Shown here piece after piece: positions 12,701 to 25,780 of a stretch of 64,000 nt of DNA. A program made the position numbers and the translations under genes. Position 1 is the first letter of the stretch. Every line of letters begins with the position of its first letter. The notes under the pieces are model-generated. The model ran no database searches and was not told the DNA's origin. It saw only the letters and a list, made by a program, of their open reading frames with translations. Source of the DNA: Geosiphon pyriformis uo1 (Eukaryota; Fungi; Glomeromycota); assembly GCA_016748015.1 (NCBI GenBank), contig JAAOMT010000776.1:366305-430304 (forward strand). Reading direction: 5' to 3'.

Positions 12701-15339
12701 AAATGATTTTTGACCTAGCAATGGCATTGATCAATAGAGCCACCCAAGAAGATGTCCGCCAAATGAAAGAAGCTGAATATATTGAGTATACCATGGAATT
12801 AGCTGGATTTAATTATGAAGATAAAGTAGAAACCTACCACCAAATTGCAAACCACACATATCCAACCAAAGAAGCTCAAATTCAATGATTAGAGCAAATA
12901 AACATTTAATTGTGTGAAGAATGTGTTATGCCTTGTGATGACCAATGGTGTTTAGAATGTTATGCTCTTAGTATTCCTCTGCCAGATGAGAATGATGAAA
13001 ATGAAATCGAATTTAGAGTATTTGAACTAGTAGAAAAACTACCAACCTCCCCTATCTATCTTCTTGAAAAGCAACCACCTCTACAACTTAAATATTTTGA
13101 CAACCATGGCCAAGGAATTAGACCAGAAAAAGCACACGAAATTGATGCTAGATATGATCTAAAATACCCAGAAAAAGATACTTTGGTTCTTTAACCAAAG
13201 TCCTTGACAAAAATCAATCTCAAAATTGCTCTTGAAATTCCACCAGGAGCAATGATGCAAATTGCCTTCAGATCATTATTGGCAAGCAAAGGAATCAATA
13301 TTAGAGGAGAAGTTATAGATGCAGAATACACTGGAGACATTACCATCATGTTACAAAATGAGACAGACAAACCATTCAAAATTGAACATGCTGAAAAAAT
13401 TGCTCAAGCAATTTACTTACCCTTAATCAACATTTCGAGTTTACAATCAGTAAACAACAGAGAACAATTGGGAAAAAGTAAAAGAAGAACTCAAGGTTTT
13501 GGTTCAACTGGACAATTTACAGTTCCAGTAAACATAGCTCTTAATACACAAAATGAATCTCACCAGATTCTTCAACTTCTCCAGCCAATTACCATTTCAC
13601 CTTTTGGAGAACATCACGAAATTTACACTTGCTCAAAACCCACCACTACACAACAAATCTTTGAATCCAATGAACAAATCTGTTTAAAGCATGAAATCTC
13701 AATTCCAAACGTTTATATTCCCAAAGGAATGAAAAAATTTTGAGTTATATTCTACAACCTCAATAATTATCCTATTGTCTTATTAAACAAACTAGAGATT
13801 GAAATCATACACAGCAATATTTTTCAAGATGAAAACCCTTAAATTGTAAGGCACACTCTACTCCCAAATCCAAATATCATTCCCACCACTGAAAACTACT
13901 ATCTTGTGGAAGAAAAACTCTCTCGTATCAACATGGGTCCCTTAGAACCTCAACAACAAAGACAATTGAAACAATTGATAGCTGAATTTGCAAATATATT
14001 TGCAAAAGACAACAATGACTTGGAAAAAACGGACATTGTTCAACATCAGATCTATACAGGAGATGCTCCACCAAAACATCAACAAGCTTATTGAGTGCCA
14101 CCTGCTAGCCACCAATTCATCAGAGAAGAGGTCCAAAGAATGCTTAATAACAGATTAATTTAATCATCAAGAAGTTCTTGGGCCTCACCAGTAGTTTTAG
14201 TTAAAAAGAAAAACGGAAAAATCAGATTCTGTATTAATTATAGACAACTGAATAGTGTTACAATTGGAGATGCCTACCCTCTTCCAAAAATTGATAACAT
14301 GCTAGATGCTCTAGGAAAAGCCAAGTTTTTCTCAACTTTAGACTTGGAAAGTAAATACTGGCAAGTCAAAATAGACCCAAAAAACCGACCCAAAATAGCA
14401 TTTACCACCCAAGAAGGAAACTATGAGTTCAATGTTATGTCTTTTGAACTCTGCAATGTACCAGCAACATTTCAGTGACTCATGGATGTTGTATATGAAG
14501 AGCTCTTGTGGCAATCAGTAGTTGTCTATCTTGATGATACTAATGTATACTCACCAAACTTTGAAGCCCACCTCATTCACCTGTGAAAAGTTTTTCAACA
14601 ATTATGGAAAGTAGGATTAAAGTTAAACATTGAGAAATGTTACTTTGGAAAAACAAGCTTGATCTTTCTTGGATACATAGTTAGTAAAGATGGAGTCAAA
14701 CCAAATTCAAGAACAATCAGTGCTGTCAAAAACTTTCAAACCCCCAGAAATACCACAAAACTAAAAGGATTTGTAGGATTAGCCTCTTACTATCGAAAAT
14801 TCATAAAAGGATTCTCAGAAATTGCCAAACTACTCAATTATCTTATCAACAAAAACGTGCCATACAAATGAACTGAAGAACAACAAAAAGCTTTTGAAAC
14901 TCTCAAAACAAAATTGACAACAGCCCCAGTTCTTGTTTATCCAGACTTCAACAAATAGTTCCAATTAGCCACTGATGCTTTACACATAGCATTTGGTGCC
15001 ATCTTATCACAATTAGATGAAAATAGACAAGAACAAGTCATTGTCTATGCTAGTAGAATACTCAAACCAACAGAACTAAAATACAGCTCAACTGAATTGG
15101 AAGCTGCTGCAGTCATCTGGGCTCTTAAACATTTTCAACAATATCTGAAAAATAGAAAAGAATTTGACATAATAATGGACAACATTGGCCTCAAATGGTT
15201 CAATAAAAAGAAAATTGAACAAAGTGCCAAACAGTCTCAATGGAATGACTTCCTAGCAGACTACAGATATATTGTACACCACAAACCAGGAAAACTACAT
15301 ACCAATATTGATAGCCTCTCAAGAATAAGACAAGATTAA
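9736..15339 (+). pseudogene. Family B Gag-PR-(Cys-rich insert)-dUTPase-RT-RNase H polyprotein in a single frame, interrupted by point-mutation stops
   Basis: ORF fragments 9934, 10810, 11437, 12394, 12910, 13204, 13906, 14659 and 15097 share one frame; CCHC CHYCGIPGHWKQDC at ~11167; PR LILDN(S)R(G); YLDD at ~14527; RNase H ends DSLSRIRQD*. The start position is approximate. Confidence 0.9.
13120..13512 (+). pseudogene. Trimeric dUTPase domain within family B pol
   Basis: Five motifs in order: DARYDL, RSLLA, EVIDAEYTG, KIAQ, RRTQGFGSTG; one stop at 13192. Confidence 0.93.
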
Positions 15340-15397
15340 TACCAACAACAAATTCCACCACAACTTACCAACCTACCAACAAAATAACCAAACAAGA

Positions 15398-16783
15398 ATG
15401 GATCCCAGAAATTACAGCAATCTTAAAAATTATTTGGAGACCCTTACCATGCCAGAAAACTGGTCTCCAAGTAAAAAACATCGTTTACAACACCAATCAA
15501 AACAATATTTCATACACCAGAACAAAATCTATTATAAAAATTACAGAAACCCAAACCAACCACTCAGATTAGTACAAGAGAATGAAAAAGAAACAATTTT
15601 ATACAACATGCACACAGATTTGTCTTCAGCACACTTGGGAAGAGATGGAACAATTCAAAGAACCCTTGAACATTACTTTTGGCCTTACATGCAAAAAGAC
15701 ATTTGACAATATGTAGAATTTTGTAATAGTTGTTAAAGAAGAGAAGGAATTTGCCCCACAGAACCTTTAAATCCAATCAAAGTTGGACAATCTTTTGACA
15801 GAGTTGGAATTGATTTAGTCAGACCATTACCTATCACAATCCAAAAAAATTGTTATATTGCAGTAGTAGTAGATTATCTTACCAAATGGCCTAAAGCTAG
15901 AGCCATTCAAAGAGCAGATGCAAAATCAGTAGCAAATTTCATCTATGAAAACATTATTTGTAGACATGGATGTCCAATTGAACTTTTATCTGATCAAGAA
16001 ACACATTTTGTGAACAACTTGATACAAGAAATTTGTGAATGATTCAATGTCAAAAGATCTTTATCATCACCTTATCACTCTTAAACAAATGGACTTGTAG
16101 AATGTTTTAACAGAACATTGTGTGAATCTCTAACCAAAGTCTCAACAGACTTTGAGCAGGAATGGGATATCTTTATTCCATCAGTGTTACTAGCATACAG
16201 AATGCTAAAACAAGATACTATGAAACACACACTATTTGATCTTACTTATGGAAAGACAGCAACATTACCAATTAATTTCACAATGGAAACATACCCAGTG
16301 CAACCAATCAATAAAGAAAACTTTCAAGAAACATTCCAAAGAAGAGCCTACACTCTTTTCAGTACACTGGAAGGAAAAAAAAGGATAGCAGCAACTCACA
16401 TTGAACATTCTCAAGCTCAACAAAAAGAAAGACATGACAACAAATTACCACTCATATTTAACAAATTTAAAGTTGGAAATAAAGTTCTCTTACACAGAAC
16501 TAAGGCTGAAAAACAATGGAATGGAAAATTTGAAAACAAATGGGATGGACCATTTTATATTCACGAAATTCTAGGCAATGGATCATACAAGTTAGGACTT
16601 GATGACAAAATACTAGCAAAAGTTGCACATAAAGACAGATTGAAACATTATCATTCCAGAAACAATTCTGAAACATTAATTCCACAAATTGGTACACATT
16701 CCCCTTTAATTAATCCTGAAGATATTCTCCGAAATTTAGAATCAATAATTATAATAGAACAACAACCAAACTTGAACACTTAA
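15398..16783 (+). pseudogene. Family B integrase as a separate ORF with its own ATG
   Basis: MDPRNYSNLKNYL start; H..HLG..CNSC; VGIDLV; SDQ; TNGLVE; WDGPF; +1 frame relative to RT/RNase H; no chromodomain seen. Confidence 0.9.
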
Positions 16784-17135
16784 ATTTTACAATAATTTTT
16801 TAATAAAAACACAAAGATGAAAAATAGTAAATAATTACAAAAAACACCCAAACCCAAAAACAAATAAAAACCTCATATCCAAAAATAATTTTCTTTATTT
16901 TCCTTTTTCATAATTAGTCAATTTTATTATAATTATTCTCCGAAATATTCAACAAATATCTCAAAAGTTAATATTAGTCTTGAAAACACTTTCTGACTTA
17001 TCCATAACGATTAATAGAAGTCAAATTAATTACATTTAGAAAGAAACCACAGCCCCAGTAGTAAATCATCCACAGAACTATCACCCCTATAGAAAAAAAA
17101 CAAGAAGTCACTTTGAAAATAAATTACCAAGACTT

Positions 17136-17636
17136 TTGAAGCAAGCATTGGAAGAAAATCTTTTAATTGCTCCTATTGACATTCCACCAAATGCTACAAT
17201 ACAACAAAAACTTCTACTACTTCTCAATGAACAGAACAATAAACACACCTCTATCTATAAATACTTTCACATTGGAAAGACACTTTATGAACGAAAACTG
17301 GAACTTGAAACAACAAATTTTACTCCTAAAGCTATACAAAAACAAATTCATAATGAATTCAAAACAGCAGCTGAACCAACTAACACTTGCTACAAACTTA
17401 GAGCAGCTTTTAGACTCTATGATTTGTTTAATACTTGTGAAAATGTTCTACAAAATCCAATACTACAACCAATAAAAGTTCAATACATTGGCAAACTCAC
17501 AGAACTAAAATTTCAACAATTTTTAGACCAGATTACTTCAATTATTTTGGATCACTATCTCAATATTACAGATAGTGCTTGGACTTCAACAGAGCTTAGT
17601 TTTGAAGAGGAGATTATGTTACCAGTAGGATTTTAG
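17136..17636 (+). CDS. Family B accessory ORF-X; the true start probably lies upstream and is decayed
   Basis: 166-codon open frame running through the PPT and 20 nt into the 3' LTR; no transmembrane segment seen. Confidence 0.65.
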   Translation: MKQALEENLLIAPIDIPPNATIQQKLLLLLNEQNNKHTSIYKYFHIGKTLYERKLELETTNFTPKAIQKQIHNEFKTAAEPTNTCYKLRAAFRLYDLFNTCENVLQNPILQPIKVQYIGKLTELKFQQFLDQITSIILDHYLNITDSAWTSTELSFEEEIMLPVGF

Positions 17637-18606
17637 CTATTAATTAGCATAAAATTACCCTTATAATTCCTATAATTAATTAGCATAATAATATTATTTC
17701 AAATTATCATTTATTATTTCATCAATTATCACATATCACGATTCAATTAAATAATCCAATTAGTATAACAAAAAGTAGGATGATCAAATTACACAATACT
17801 CTGAACTTTGTAACATTCAAAAATTCGCCGAAATTTACAGAAATTTGCCGAAATTTATAGAAATTTGCTGAAATCATAAATAGTTCATCCAAATTAATCA
17901 ATAGTTCAGTGAAATAACTTGTAATCTATCAAAATGTATCTTTAGTTTGCCGAAATTTGAGCAAAAAGAAAAAGTGCAAGTTCATAGACTAGTACTACAA
18001 CAAGTTGTATAAAAGAAGAGCTTTTTTCTTCAAGAAAATGTATCTTACTTTAGATTTATTACTTAGAACCATTTTTATACACACAAAAAGAAATAAATAT
18101 TAAATAATTCGAAAAACCAAATTCTTTAAATTATTGCACTTAGAAAATCTCCAAAACCCAACTAATGTTTTGAAATTGATTAGCTACCAATTTCAGTAAA
18201 CCATTAGTGACTCCAGGCCTGGATAGAAAATGTTCCCTTAATAAAATCCTATTTCTTTTACATTTTTTTTATTTTTCTTTTCTTTTCTTATTACAATCAT
18301 TAGGGTAGCCTACAGACAAGATTCCTGTAAAAAAGTTGACTTTCACAGCAAAGTAACTACATATTTTTAGTGAGCTTTCAGATGAGCAATTACTGGGAAA
18401 GAGTTGACATTTACTACAATGTAACTATACAAAGTAACTGGCATAGAATTGGCCATTCCACTCATAAGCCTAGCAGTTCAAATTATAGGAGATAATTTGA
18501 AAATAAATTCAGTTATTGGAGGTTCAACTACTTCTAGAAAACGTGAATTTGCAACTAACAGACATTTACAATATTCAAGAAAAGAGACCAAAAACCTCCA
18601 GTAACA
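17617..18606 (+). repeat. Family B 3' LTR
   Basis: Direct repeat of 8703-9690. Confidence 0.95.
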
Positions 18607-21600
18607 ATGTGTAGCCATATTGGTCTTTTATTAGTTTAGCCACACTCACAGAACATGACTTTTTTATAAAGCCAATTTACCCAATAATCTATATTACAAG
18701 ATGTGGCTAACCACTAAGTGGTTATGTCTAACTACACACTAGTATAACCAGAAAATCTATGGGATATCATACTACTATACATAGTACTCTTATCACAAAA
18801 GACATTGGTCAATATATTATTACACCATGTAAACACTTTACCTATTCCTACTATGTGTTTGTTATTATCCCTACTGCCATCTTTTGATGTGTTGTGTATG
18901 TTGGAGCTATTATATAGATTTTTCTTAATTCTGTTATCAATACTCTTGGATTTTTCTCATTCAGTTTGCAATTTGCACTATTCTCCCCATAATCTATTCC
19001 TTGTCTAAGTAACCACCCATTTACATACCTTAATTAATATATTATTGTTAATCTTTAAGTCAATGTTAGCAAAAGCATTAATTCTCCCAAATTGCTTATT
19101 GACCAATCCTCTACATAGCAAATCTATGTTGGATAATGACATAATGTATCTACTAAACAGAGCAATCTTCTTATCAGTGTTTAGGGATTTTTGTCCACCT
19201 TCTACAGCCTGTAATAGGCACTGTATCCACCTATTTCTTACATCATTAATCAGTATCTTGCTCTTTTGGAAATTCAGAGAGCATTTCCAAAAGTGTCAGT
19301 TGGTTTTCACTTTTCTGTAACATATTTTGCAAAGATTGTTTAGGTATATAAGGGGATATTGGTTGTATAACACCTTTGCTGTTGGCAGTATGTTGTAAAA
19401 TGATTTCATAAGAAATATATGCATTGCTAATAAACCAGCTAAGGTGAAGCCTGATGACATTTTTTCATTCCAGTTCCAGATCTTGGTTGTGCACATCCAA
19501 TCTATATTTTGGTTTAAAGATGCTATTGTCTCTTGAATTTTGTTGTTATCTATCCAATTTAAAGCTGCTTAAAGACTAGTCTGTTTGCTTAGAAAATATT
19601 TAATATTTAAATCCAATTCAATTTCTCTGCAAAAGGGAATATATGTAGTTTCCTTAGCATTGTAGGTCCACCTCACAGTGTCAAGAATGATAGACTTTTT
19701 GGCTAGTTTGTCAGCCTTCTTATTTTCCAATACACTAGTATGAGCAGTCACTTTGTTTATGTTGAGATAAATCCTCTTTTCACTAATAATCACTCTAATT
19801 GCATTCCATGTGTGCCAGTTCAAAGTTTTGAGCTGATTCCTAACAGACAAGAGTATATCTTTAGACAACCATTTCTGAGCCATTAACATTATTGCTTGAC
19901 TATCTGTGTTTATCGTTAGTTTGCATTTGTAAAGTACTGCTTTCAAAGCCAATAACACAGTCTTTGTCTTTGTTTTTGTTGACAATAATGTTCCATCAAC
20001 TGCTATACCAAATTCAGCTTTTATTCTATGTGTTATGAAAGCAGCTCTTCCTCTTGTATTCTCAGATCTAGCTTCTACTATTAAGCCATTTGTTGATATT
20101 TCTATTTCTTTTCTGAACCTCAACTTCTCTCGTATTTCTCTTTATTGTGGTAATAAAGTGTCAAGAATATGGATGTAAATGGTATCTCTTTGTATCATTT
20201 CAAAATCTTCTGGAATTTGATTGGTCAGTTTGTGCATCCCTAATACTTTATATTGTGCTACATTAATGTTTCTGTATTCATTCATAATGATTGTAGACTC
20301 TAAAATCTTAAACCATCTGGGAATTTTACTACTATCATTTTGTCTGTACTTCCTTGTGAAGTCCATTCATGTTATCAATATCTTGTTTTTGTTTTGTATC
20401 TGATGCAGGTACAAAATGTTTTCCTTTCTTAGAAAACTTCTAACTTTAGTGTAGATTGTATCTAAGAGTATAACAGTCTCAATTAAGTACATTTGTGATC
20501 TTGAGGATTCAGTTAACCCATGTATGTTACTATTGTTCCTGAATGAGATGCTCTTTTCCTTCATAATCTGCATAATATTAGCTATTAAATTAATGCCTGG
20601 TCTAGATCGTTCATTGGTGGAATATTCAAGTATATTATGGGCTGATTATCTTTGTGTCTGTAAGTTGGCTAGTCTGATTTTTGTAGCCATTCCAGCAATA
20701 TTAGCACTGTTCAATCTAACCAACAAATCTGTGATCTTGCTTTTTGCTTGTATATCATCAACTTTGAACAAGTTATATAAGGCTGAGTGATACATAGTGC
20801 TGGCTGAGAAATCTACTGAAAGTTTTGTCTTTTTCTTCACAGTAGCTGAAATCTTTAAAGTTCATTTTCTAGCCCAACTGTTTAAAATATGGGTCAATTG
20901 AGATCTGAATTCTATTGCTGAACTGAAAACACTGTTAAAAATGTAAATGACCTGTTTCTTAGTGATGTGTTTTTTTCTAATAACTGCACACACTGCTTCA
21001 ATGTCAGATCTTATCATTTTTAGAACAGTGTCATTTTTCTATTTGCTCTAATCCATACCTCCAAGTATTAAATACATATAGATAGATCCAGCAATTTCAA
21101 GATTTGTTTGTTTGGACCAAATTTCAGTGGCTCAACCATTAGTGAATTCTCTTTGGAGGATCTGACTACTATTGTTTCAATTTTATCTAAATTGATTTTT
21201 ATATCCACCATTCTAAAGAAGAAGCTAGCTGTGTTCAGAATACTCTGCATGCCTTGTTTTGAGTTAGTTATCCACACAGTGTTATCAATGAAGGCTAGGT
21301 GATTCACTGATACCAACAGAGATTGTGTATCTGATTGATTGTCCCACTTTTTCTAAGCAGTTGTTAGTTTGTATCCATAACTATAATTGGATTGTTTTAC
21401 TTCACACAATAAGAGGTCATAGAAAATCCTTCACATAATAGGTGAGCTTGTTTTTCTCTAATCCAGTCCATCTTGTACTTGATATTTGTCACTTAACCCA
21501 AATTCAGTTATGATCTTATTGCTTCTATTGTTGTACATCAAGCCAAACAGCTTAGTAAACCTATTGTTCATCTTAATTTTCTTTAGTGTAGCTTCTATGG

Positions 21601-23930
21601 ATTTCCATCCCACTAAATCATATGCCTTTTTTATGTTCTGAAATGTAAACCAGGCCTCATTACCAAATTCTCTTGCATGTTCAACAACAGCATTAATCAC
21701 ATGAATTGGCACTGCTGTGGAGGTATTTTTTAACACTAAGATATTGTAACTTTTTAGAACATTGTGAAGTTTATATGCTTTTGATATCCTTGCAGTTAGA
21801 ATCTTTGTTAAAATTTTTCTAGTGCTTTCAATGAGTGTAATTGGCCTGGTAATGTCAATATTGCCACTCCATTCTTTTGGCTTTGGAATCAATATATCTT
21901 GTGCTACTCTTCACTTCTCAGGCATGTTTGCTGCTTTAATATAAGTGTTGAGCAATGTTTTTAGTTTAAACTTGGTATTAGGCCCAGTCTTCCTCCAAAG
22001 TTTAGCTTGAATGTCTGATGGGCCAGGAGCTTTTTTATGAGGTGTGTGGCCCAATATGTGTTCAAATTCCTCATTTGTTATTTCAGCTATTACACCATTA
22101 AAGGCATGGTCTAGAATGTTCTCAATCGGCTCAAATCTGTATTCCCAACTTTTTCATAGGTTAGGCTCAAGAATTTTTGTTCTAATTCACTCTTGAGCTT
22201 TTTTGTTTACTATTTTTTTAATTTCATCAGGATCATTATGAAATTTACCTTCTTCAATAATATGGTTTAGTACAATTTTTTGTCTTTTTCTGTCTAATAT
22301 GCTTTTGATCATAGCTTCTTTGTTTAGATCAAAGTTTTGTTGTCTTTTGATGATATTGTTCATTATTTGTCTCTGTTGTTGTAGCTTGATCCTAGCACGC
22401 AGTGTTGATCTGTATTTTTTCTTAATATTGATTAATTCTGTAATAAGCTTATTTTTTGGGAGAATCATCAGATATGCATTTACAGTTTCAGGTTTTAATT
22501 GTTTCCATTTAGCCAACAACTATATAACATTGTTATTATGCATATCTGCATTGTTTACTCTTATTTGTTTAATTATATTAGCAACAATCTTAACAAGCTT
22601 GTAATCCATGCATTCTTTTTTTGTGTATGCAAATTAGGCTTCTACTTTCCTCTTTGGTAAGCAATCAGCAGCTTGTAATACAGCTTCTTTGATTGTAAGC
22701 CACATCAGATTTAGATTATCATTGCTGTTATCTACTGATTTTTTTTGTGCTTTATCTGTCAATCAATCAGTTTTTTTTGCATAAATTTTCCATTGCTTTC
22801 TAAATGCTTTTTTAACATCAATTATAGTTGTGCTACTTTTTTTTCTCCCAGATTTAGATTTTTTATTGCCTGCTAAGATTTTGTCAAATTGGATAATTGT
22901 TACTACTGCTTTGTGATTAGTGCTAAATGATTTATTAACATCAATCACCCCAATGTTTGTGACTAGTAGGGCTGTATCTGCATCAGTAAACACATAGTCT
23001 AGTCTCCTTTGTACTCCATTTAATGCCCATATCTTTTCTGGATTGTTTGTTGCCTACACTTTATGTGTATCTACTAAATTCATATGTTGTAGTGTTGTAG
23101 CAATAGAACAAGCTTTGACCTTATTTGTAGCATATGTTTCTTCAAGTAATTTAAATGACAGATCTTCATTTAAATCACCTGCAACTATGATTATCTCTTT
23201 GTTTTACACAATGTTACTCAAAAGTTTTCTGATTTCTTTAGCTACTGCTCTCTCAGTAGGCAATTTGGAAGCAGGCATGTATAGTCTTATTATGTGCACA
23301 CTGATTCTATCTTTAAATTTTAACTCCAAATGTAAAAGCCTCTCATAATATTCATTAATTGTTTCTATATAGTGTATTCAACATTTTTTTACCAGTATAC
23401 CAACACCAGTTCTTATTTGCTTTTCTGCACTTGACTCTCAAAAGGCATGATATTCATCAGAACCAAAGAATACACCTTTTTCTTTTGTTGGAGTAATTTT
23501 TGTTTCTGTAATAATCACAAAGTCAAATTGTTCTTTAATAATCCAATGTAGCACCTCTTTAGCTTTACCAAGATCATTAAGCTCTCTAATATTAACAGTA
23601 CCAATTTTCCAAGTGTTATTATTGGAGTAGTTCTGTTCTATGTTGGAATCAGATGTGTTACACATCATTTGTTTCTATAGATTTAGATTCTCCAGCAGAG
23701 GAACTGCTCCAGCTATCTTGTTTTTTCACTTGCTTCAATAACTCCAGAATGGGTTTCAATGTTTTTTTAATTTCTTTGATTTCTAATTCCAGGTTGTATG
23801 CTTCTTTTCTTTCTGCTGGGGTAGACTTAACTGTAGTACTTTGGCTTGGTAACCTACTCTCCACCTCTTTTTTTTCTTCTGAGATATTACTTGGCAGTTG
23901 AGTAACTATTACTTTTTTCTCCTTCTTTAT
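18607..23930 (-). mobile_element. LINE family L with near-complete ORF2 (APE-RT-RNase H-Cys) and ORF1 C-terminus; its poly(A) end lies at 8679-8702
   Basis: APE WKIGTVNI..TETK; RT IPKP..RPITLIE and HLAFIDNT; RNase H NTDSQ..KVTAH..NKKADKLAK; C-terminal CKIC. Confidence 0.93.
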
Positions 23931-24446
23931 TGTTACTTATGTCAGCACTCTTAAAATTCAATATCAAGTATCAAATGTGCTTTTCAGTTATATTTTATTC
24001 AATAATCTCCAAATGTTGTAATTACACATTTCAGAAAAAGACAGGTAAACACCAACAAGTAATTTTTTATTCCAAAGATGTTTGGATACTTGAAGGTAGG
24101 AAAAGGGAAATTAGCAATAAAAGAATGATTGAGATGAAAGTTGTTATTTTATTTATTTAATTCCTTGATTTTTTGACATACTTTTCTATAGCTAAAAGAT
24201 TCATCACTTATATAGTTATCAAAAGTGGTCAATGATCAGGTCAATGGTCAGATCAATGATCAGGTCAATGATCAGGTCAATAATCAGGTCATTGATCAGA
24301 TCAATAATCAGGTCAATGATCAGGTCAACAGTCAAATTATTGATCAGATCAATGATCACTTTCTAAAAATAGAGTGGCTAATTTATATGACATCAGTGGC
24401 TAATACATGTGATAATTAATAAGAAGTATAAGTTTCAACTGTAACA
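23931..24446 (-). repeat. Family A LTR with an apparent internal deletion
   Basis: Terminal tgttac joined to mid-LTR sequence; ends gtttcaactgtaaca; counterpart of 47652-48401. Confidence 0.8.
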
Positions 24447-24713
24447 ATACAAAGGACTTCATGATAAAACCTTCAGATAAAACAATACCTTCAGATATTA
24501 CCAACAACATTATATTAATTGAGCACTAAATTACAGATTTGTTATTTATTCCAACAACCAAGTAAACACCTATAACATTTGGTGCTCCCTGTGAGATATA
24601 ATTTAACAGAAAACCAGTACCAACAACAACCATGCAAGAAAATGGCAGACCAAGAGAAAACAAGAGAAAATCATTTAGGATTTGCAAAATCCTTATTTCA
24701 CCATTACTTTTGA

Positions 24714-25300
24714 AAAACTCATTAAATTAAAACTCTGATTATTCAAAACCCAATTATTAAAACCCTAAACATTCAAAAATTACCATTGATAAATTCATTA
24801 AACCTCATTAAATTAAGAACTCCAATTATTTAAAACCCGATCATTAAAACCTTGAACATTCAAAAATTATCATTGATAAATTTGTTAAAAATTCGTTAAA
24901 TTAAAACTCCATTTATTCAAAACCCGATCATTAAAACTCTGAACATTCGAAACTTACTGTTGATAAATTCATTAAAAAACTCATTAAATTAAACTTCAAT
25001 TATTCAAGACCTGATTGTTAAAACCCTGAACATTCGAAACGTATCATTAATAAATTTATTAAAACTCTATTTATTCAAAACCCAATTATTAAAACTCCGA
25101 ACATTCAAAACTTACTGTTAATAAATTTATTAAAAACTCATTAAATTAAAACTTCATTTATTCAAAACCCAATTATTAAAACCCTGAACATTCAAAACTT
25201 ACTTTTGATAAATTTGTTAAAACTCATTAAATTAAAACTCTGATTATTCAAAAACCAATTGTTTAAAAAAACTCAAACATTCAAAACCCGATAATTTCAA
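24714..25300 (+). repeat. ~86-bp tandem repeat, about 7 units
   Basis: Unit approximately aaaactcgttaaattaaaactccgattattcaaaacccgatcattaaaaccccgaacattcgaaacttaccgttgataaattcgtt. Confidence 0.85.
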
Positions 25301-25613
25301 TCCTGCTATTGTACAAAAAAACTTACTGTCAATAAAACTCATTAAACCTCTAGCAATTCAAACTCTGGGAATTATTCAAAAACCCAAACATTCAAAGTCT
25401 GATAAATTTCAAACCCCACAATCATACAAAGAAACTTACCTCCGATAATCCAATTAAACCTAATTCTCACAGTACCAATAAATCAGCAAAACTCACCTGA
25501 TGGGCTTGAGTCAAAATATTGGGACGTAGTCACAATCCATTCCTATGTATCATATATTTGAAGAAGAGCCAATTAGCGAGAACAAATTGGAATTGAAATT
25601 GGAATTTAATTTT

Positions 25614-25780
25614 GATTCAAACTCCACTAATGACAGCAATGATTCAAACTTCACTAATGACAGCAACAATTCAAACTCCGTTGATGACAACAATGATTCA
25701 AACTCCACTAATGACAACAATGATTCAAACTCCGCTAATGACAATAACAATTTAAACTTTGCCAACAAATTCAAACTCTG
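25614..25780 (+). repeat. 24-bp tandem repeat encoding (DSNSTDDN)n
   Basis: gattcaaactccactaatgacaacaat-type units; ORF 25545-25793. Confidence 0.85.

Larger units (their letters stand above)
8703..18606 (+). mobile_element. Full-length Ty3/Gypsy family B element carrying a dUTPase
   Basis: ~990-bp direct LTRs TGTTACC...GTAACA; PBS tggtg at ~9693; PPT gaagaggaga at 17604; 4-bp TSD atat/atgt inside a LINE 3' end. Confidence 0.96.

Noticed and set aside
16600-16783. Chromodomain at the integrase C-terminus
   Set aside because: No chromodomain motif is visible after the GPF region in family A or B.
24225-24419. ORF MVNDQVNGQ...
   Set aside because: It is the antisense reading of the 12-bp LTR array.
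24714-25300. ~86-bp repeat array as a possible CRISPR array
   Set aside because: Units are head-to-tail and degenerate with no unique spacers, there are no cas genes, and the context is a eukaryotic retroelement.
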